DNA from: Antedon mediterranea
Taxonomy: Eukaryota > Animalia > Echinodermata
DNA: 64,000 nucleotides
Direction of reading: 5' to 3'
Assembly: GCF_964355755.1 (NCBI RefSeq)
Contig: NC_092676.1
Span: 22,524,871-22,588,870, forward strand
The notes below the pieces were generated by a model. That model had not been told where the DNA came from. It made no database searches and saw only the letters and a list, made by a program, of their open reading frames with translations. The translations under genes and the position numbers were made by a program. Every line of letters starts with the position of its first letter. The first letter of the stretch is position 1. Positions 62,359-64,000 of this stretch are shown one piece after another.

Positions 62359-64000
62359 CTAAAGCAAAACAAAAAGCGATTAAATTGTGGATAAAATTAA
62401 AGCAAACCGTAAACAACAATCACTTGGACAACGTCCTATTATATTGTTTTCTCCCTAAATGTTTTTATTTTTCAACAAAGAGAAATTGTTAAATGCTTAT
62501 TAATGCTTAAACTATAAATGCTATTGTAGGCTGGAAAAAAAAAAATGTGTACAGTAATCTTTGGACAAAACTTTGAGACGCATGGAAGAACAATAGAGAA
62601 CACATAGATTTTTTGTTTTTGTGTACTTGTAAAAATAAAAAGAAATCAATCAACGATACATTCCATTTTATTATATCAAAATAACTGTGAAACCGGTAAT
62701 GGTTTGGTTTACTGCACATCCTCAAAGGGTGGTAGAGTGCTTTAAACGAGAAGTAGCAAATTGTCTACTAGTAAAACAATCAATCGATGAAACAAAAAAT
62801 ATATATTTTAAAACAAATTTTAAAAAATACTTTGATTTGGTTTACTGCACCCTGTCAAAGAGTGGTGGCGTGCTTTAGTAGTAAGAACTGAACAGTAAGC
62901 AGACAAGGCACTTAACCAGGCGTGCAACTAAACTAACATGCCATGTCTCAACGACACGCAACAAAGAGTTTGCGTGATTCAAGCACATAGAAAATGCTCA
63001 ATATTTTATCCGTCTCTGACAAATGATATAAAACAGAGCTGCTTTATTATGGAATGTTGCATGACCTCAACAACTAAAAACAGATTTAATAAAAAGCAGA
63101 TTATTTTAACATATGCAATACATAATTTAAAATATAGATAAAATTGATTTCCTGTATTGAAATTAGGAAACTTATTGCAAGTCACAAGAAGCAATCCATT
63201 TTTCAAATTATTATGCCAACGAAAATGAAAAATGTCAAACCATTCATACTGTATCATACTTTACACAATACATTACCAGAGGTCCCAACTTAAAAAGGAT
63301 ACTTGCAGAAATGCAGCCAACCCTTAGAGGGTGCTATAATTGTCCAAATGACAACAGTGAGTGATGCTATTTTACTGATGACCAATAGTTCCTTAAAATT
63401 AGCTTTACATTTTTTTGCATAGCATTACTTGAAACTGAAATCGAGCTACACAGTACATGGAGCATTGTTTCTCTTTGTATCAGTACATGTTTTCTCTGAA
63501 CAAGCACAGAAATTCCCCTTATAAAACACACGCATTTTGTACCACACTGTACAGTACGTACAACATGAAAATGGTTAATTAAATACTGTAAGCTGAAGAT
63601 ATGAAGTTCACATGAAGTTAGTTTAGTTAGGTGACATTTTTATATGATTAAATGTTTTGAAAATTCAGGGTTGGTGTGGGCAACATAAAAAAGCAGGACA
63701 ATCTCGCCAAAAACGGGACAGTTGGAATCAATGAATTAAATTGGTCAGAGAGCAAAGCTTCTAACGGGAACTATGAACCCTGGGCGCGATTTTTTTTTTC
63801 GTACATACTGTAAGTTGGGGACCCCCTCATGAAACGTCACAAAATAAACAAGAATAATTCATCAAGTTAAATTTGTTGTTCCGTGTGCACCCAAGCGTAT
63901 AGCAACAAGAAGTGATTACACAACTGCGGTTCTTTCTACAATAGGCCTAGGTAGGATTCTAGGTCAATTCACGTGATTGCCTTCGCGCACTCTTCTTCAC

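Noticed and set aside
62262-62492. 76-aa plus-strand ORF
   Set aside because: Antisense overlap of the real minus-strand exon.

Overview
AT-rich, intron-rich metazoan (probably invertebrate) genomic DNA, not prokaryotic. The whole window lies in one minus-strand gene, a p190RhoGAP (ARHGAP35/ARHGAP5-like). I joined about 22 GT-AG exons with consistent phases from 62358 down to 789. They cover pseudoGTPase pG1/pG2, the tyrosine/proline-rich middle region, a polybasic stretch and the RhoGAP domain; the N-terminal GTPase and FF exons lie upstream of the window. Three features stand out. (1) The last exon, which completes the RhoGAP domain, is present as two intact, diverged tandem copies with same-phase acceptors. 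(2) A frame-preserving candidate cassette exon sits inside the GAP domain. (3) A run of small phase-1/phase-1 exons, most carrying a Tyr or Pro motif, is spread across about 30 kb of intron. Introns hold many MITEs (Harbinger-, Kolobok-, P-, ISL2EU- and Tc1/mariner-like), a Harbinger derivative with a decayed Myb/SANT gene, SINE heads and minisatellites. Most ORFs in the supplied track are spurious. All splicing calls are predictions from sequence only, and comparisons to human p190A are from memory.
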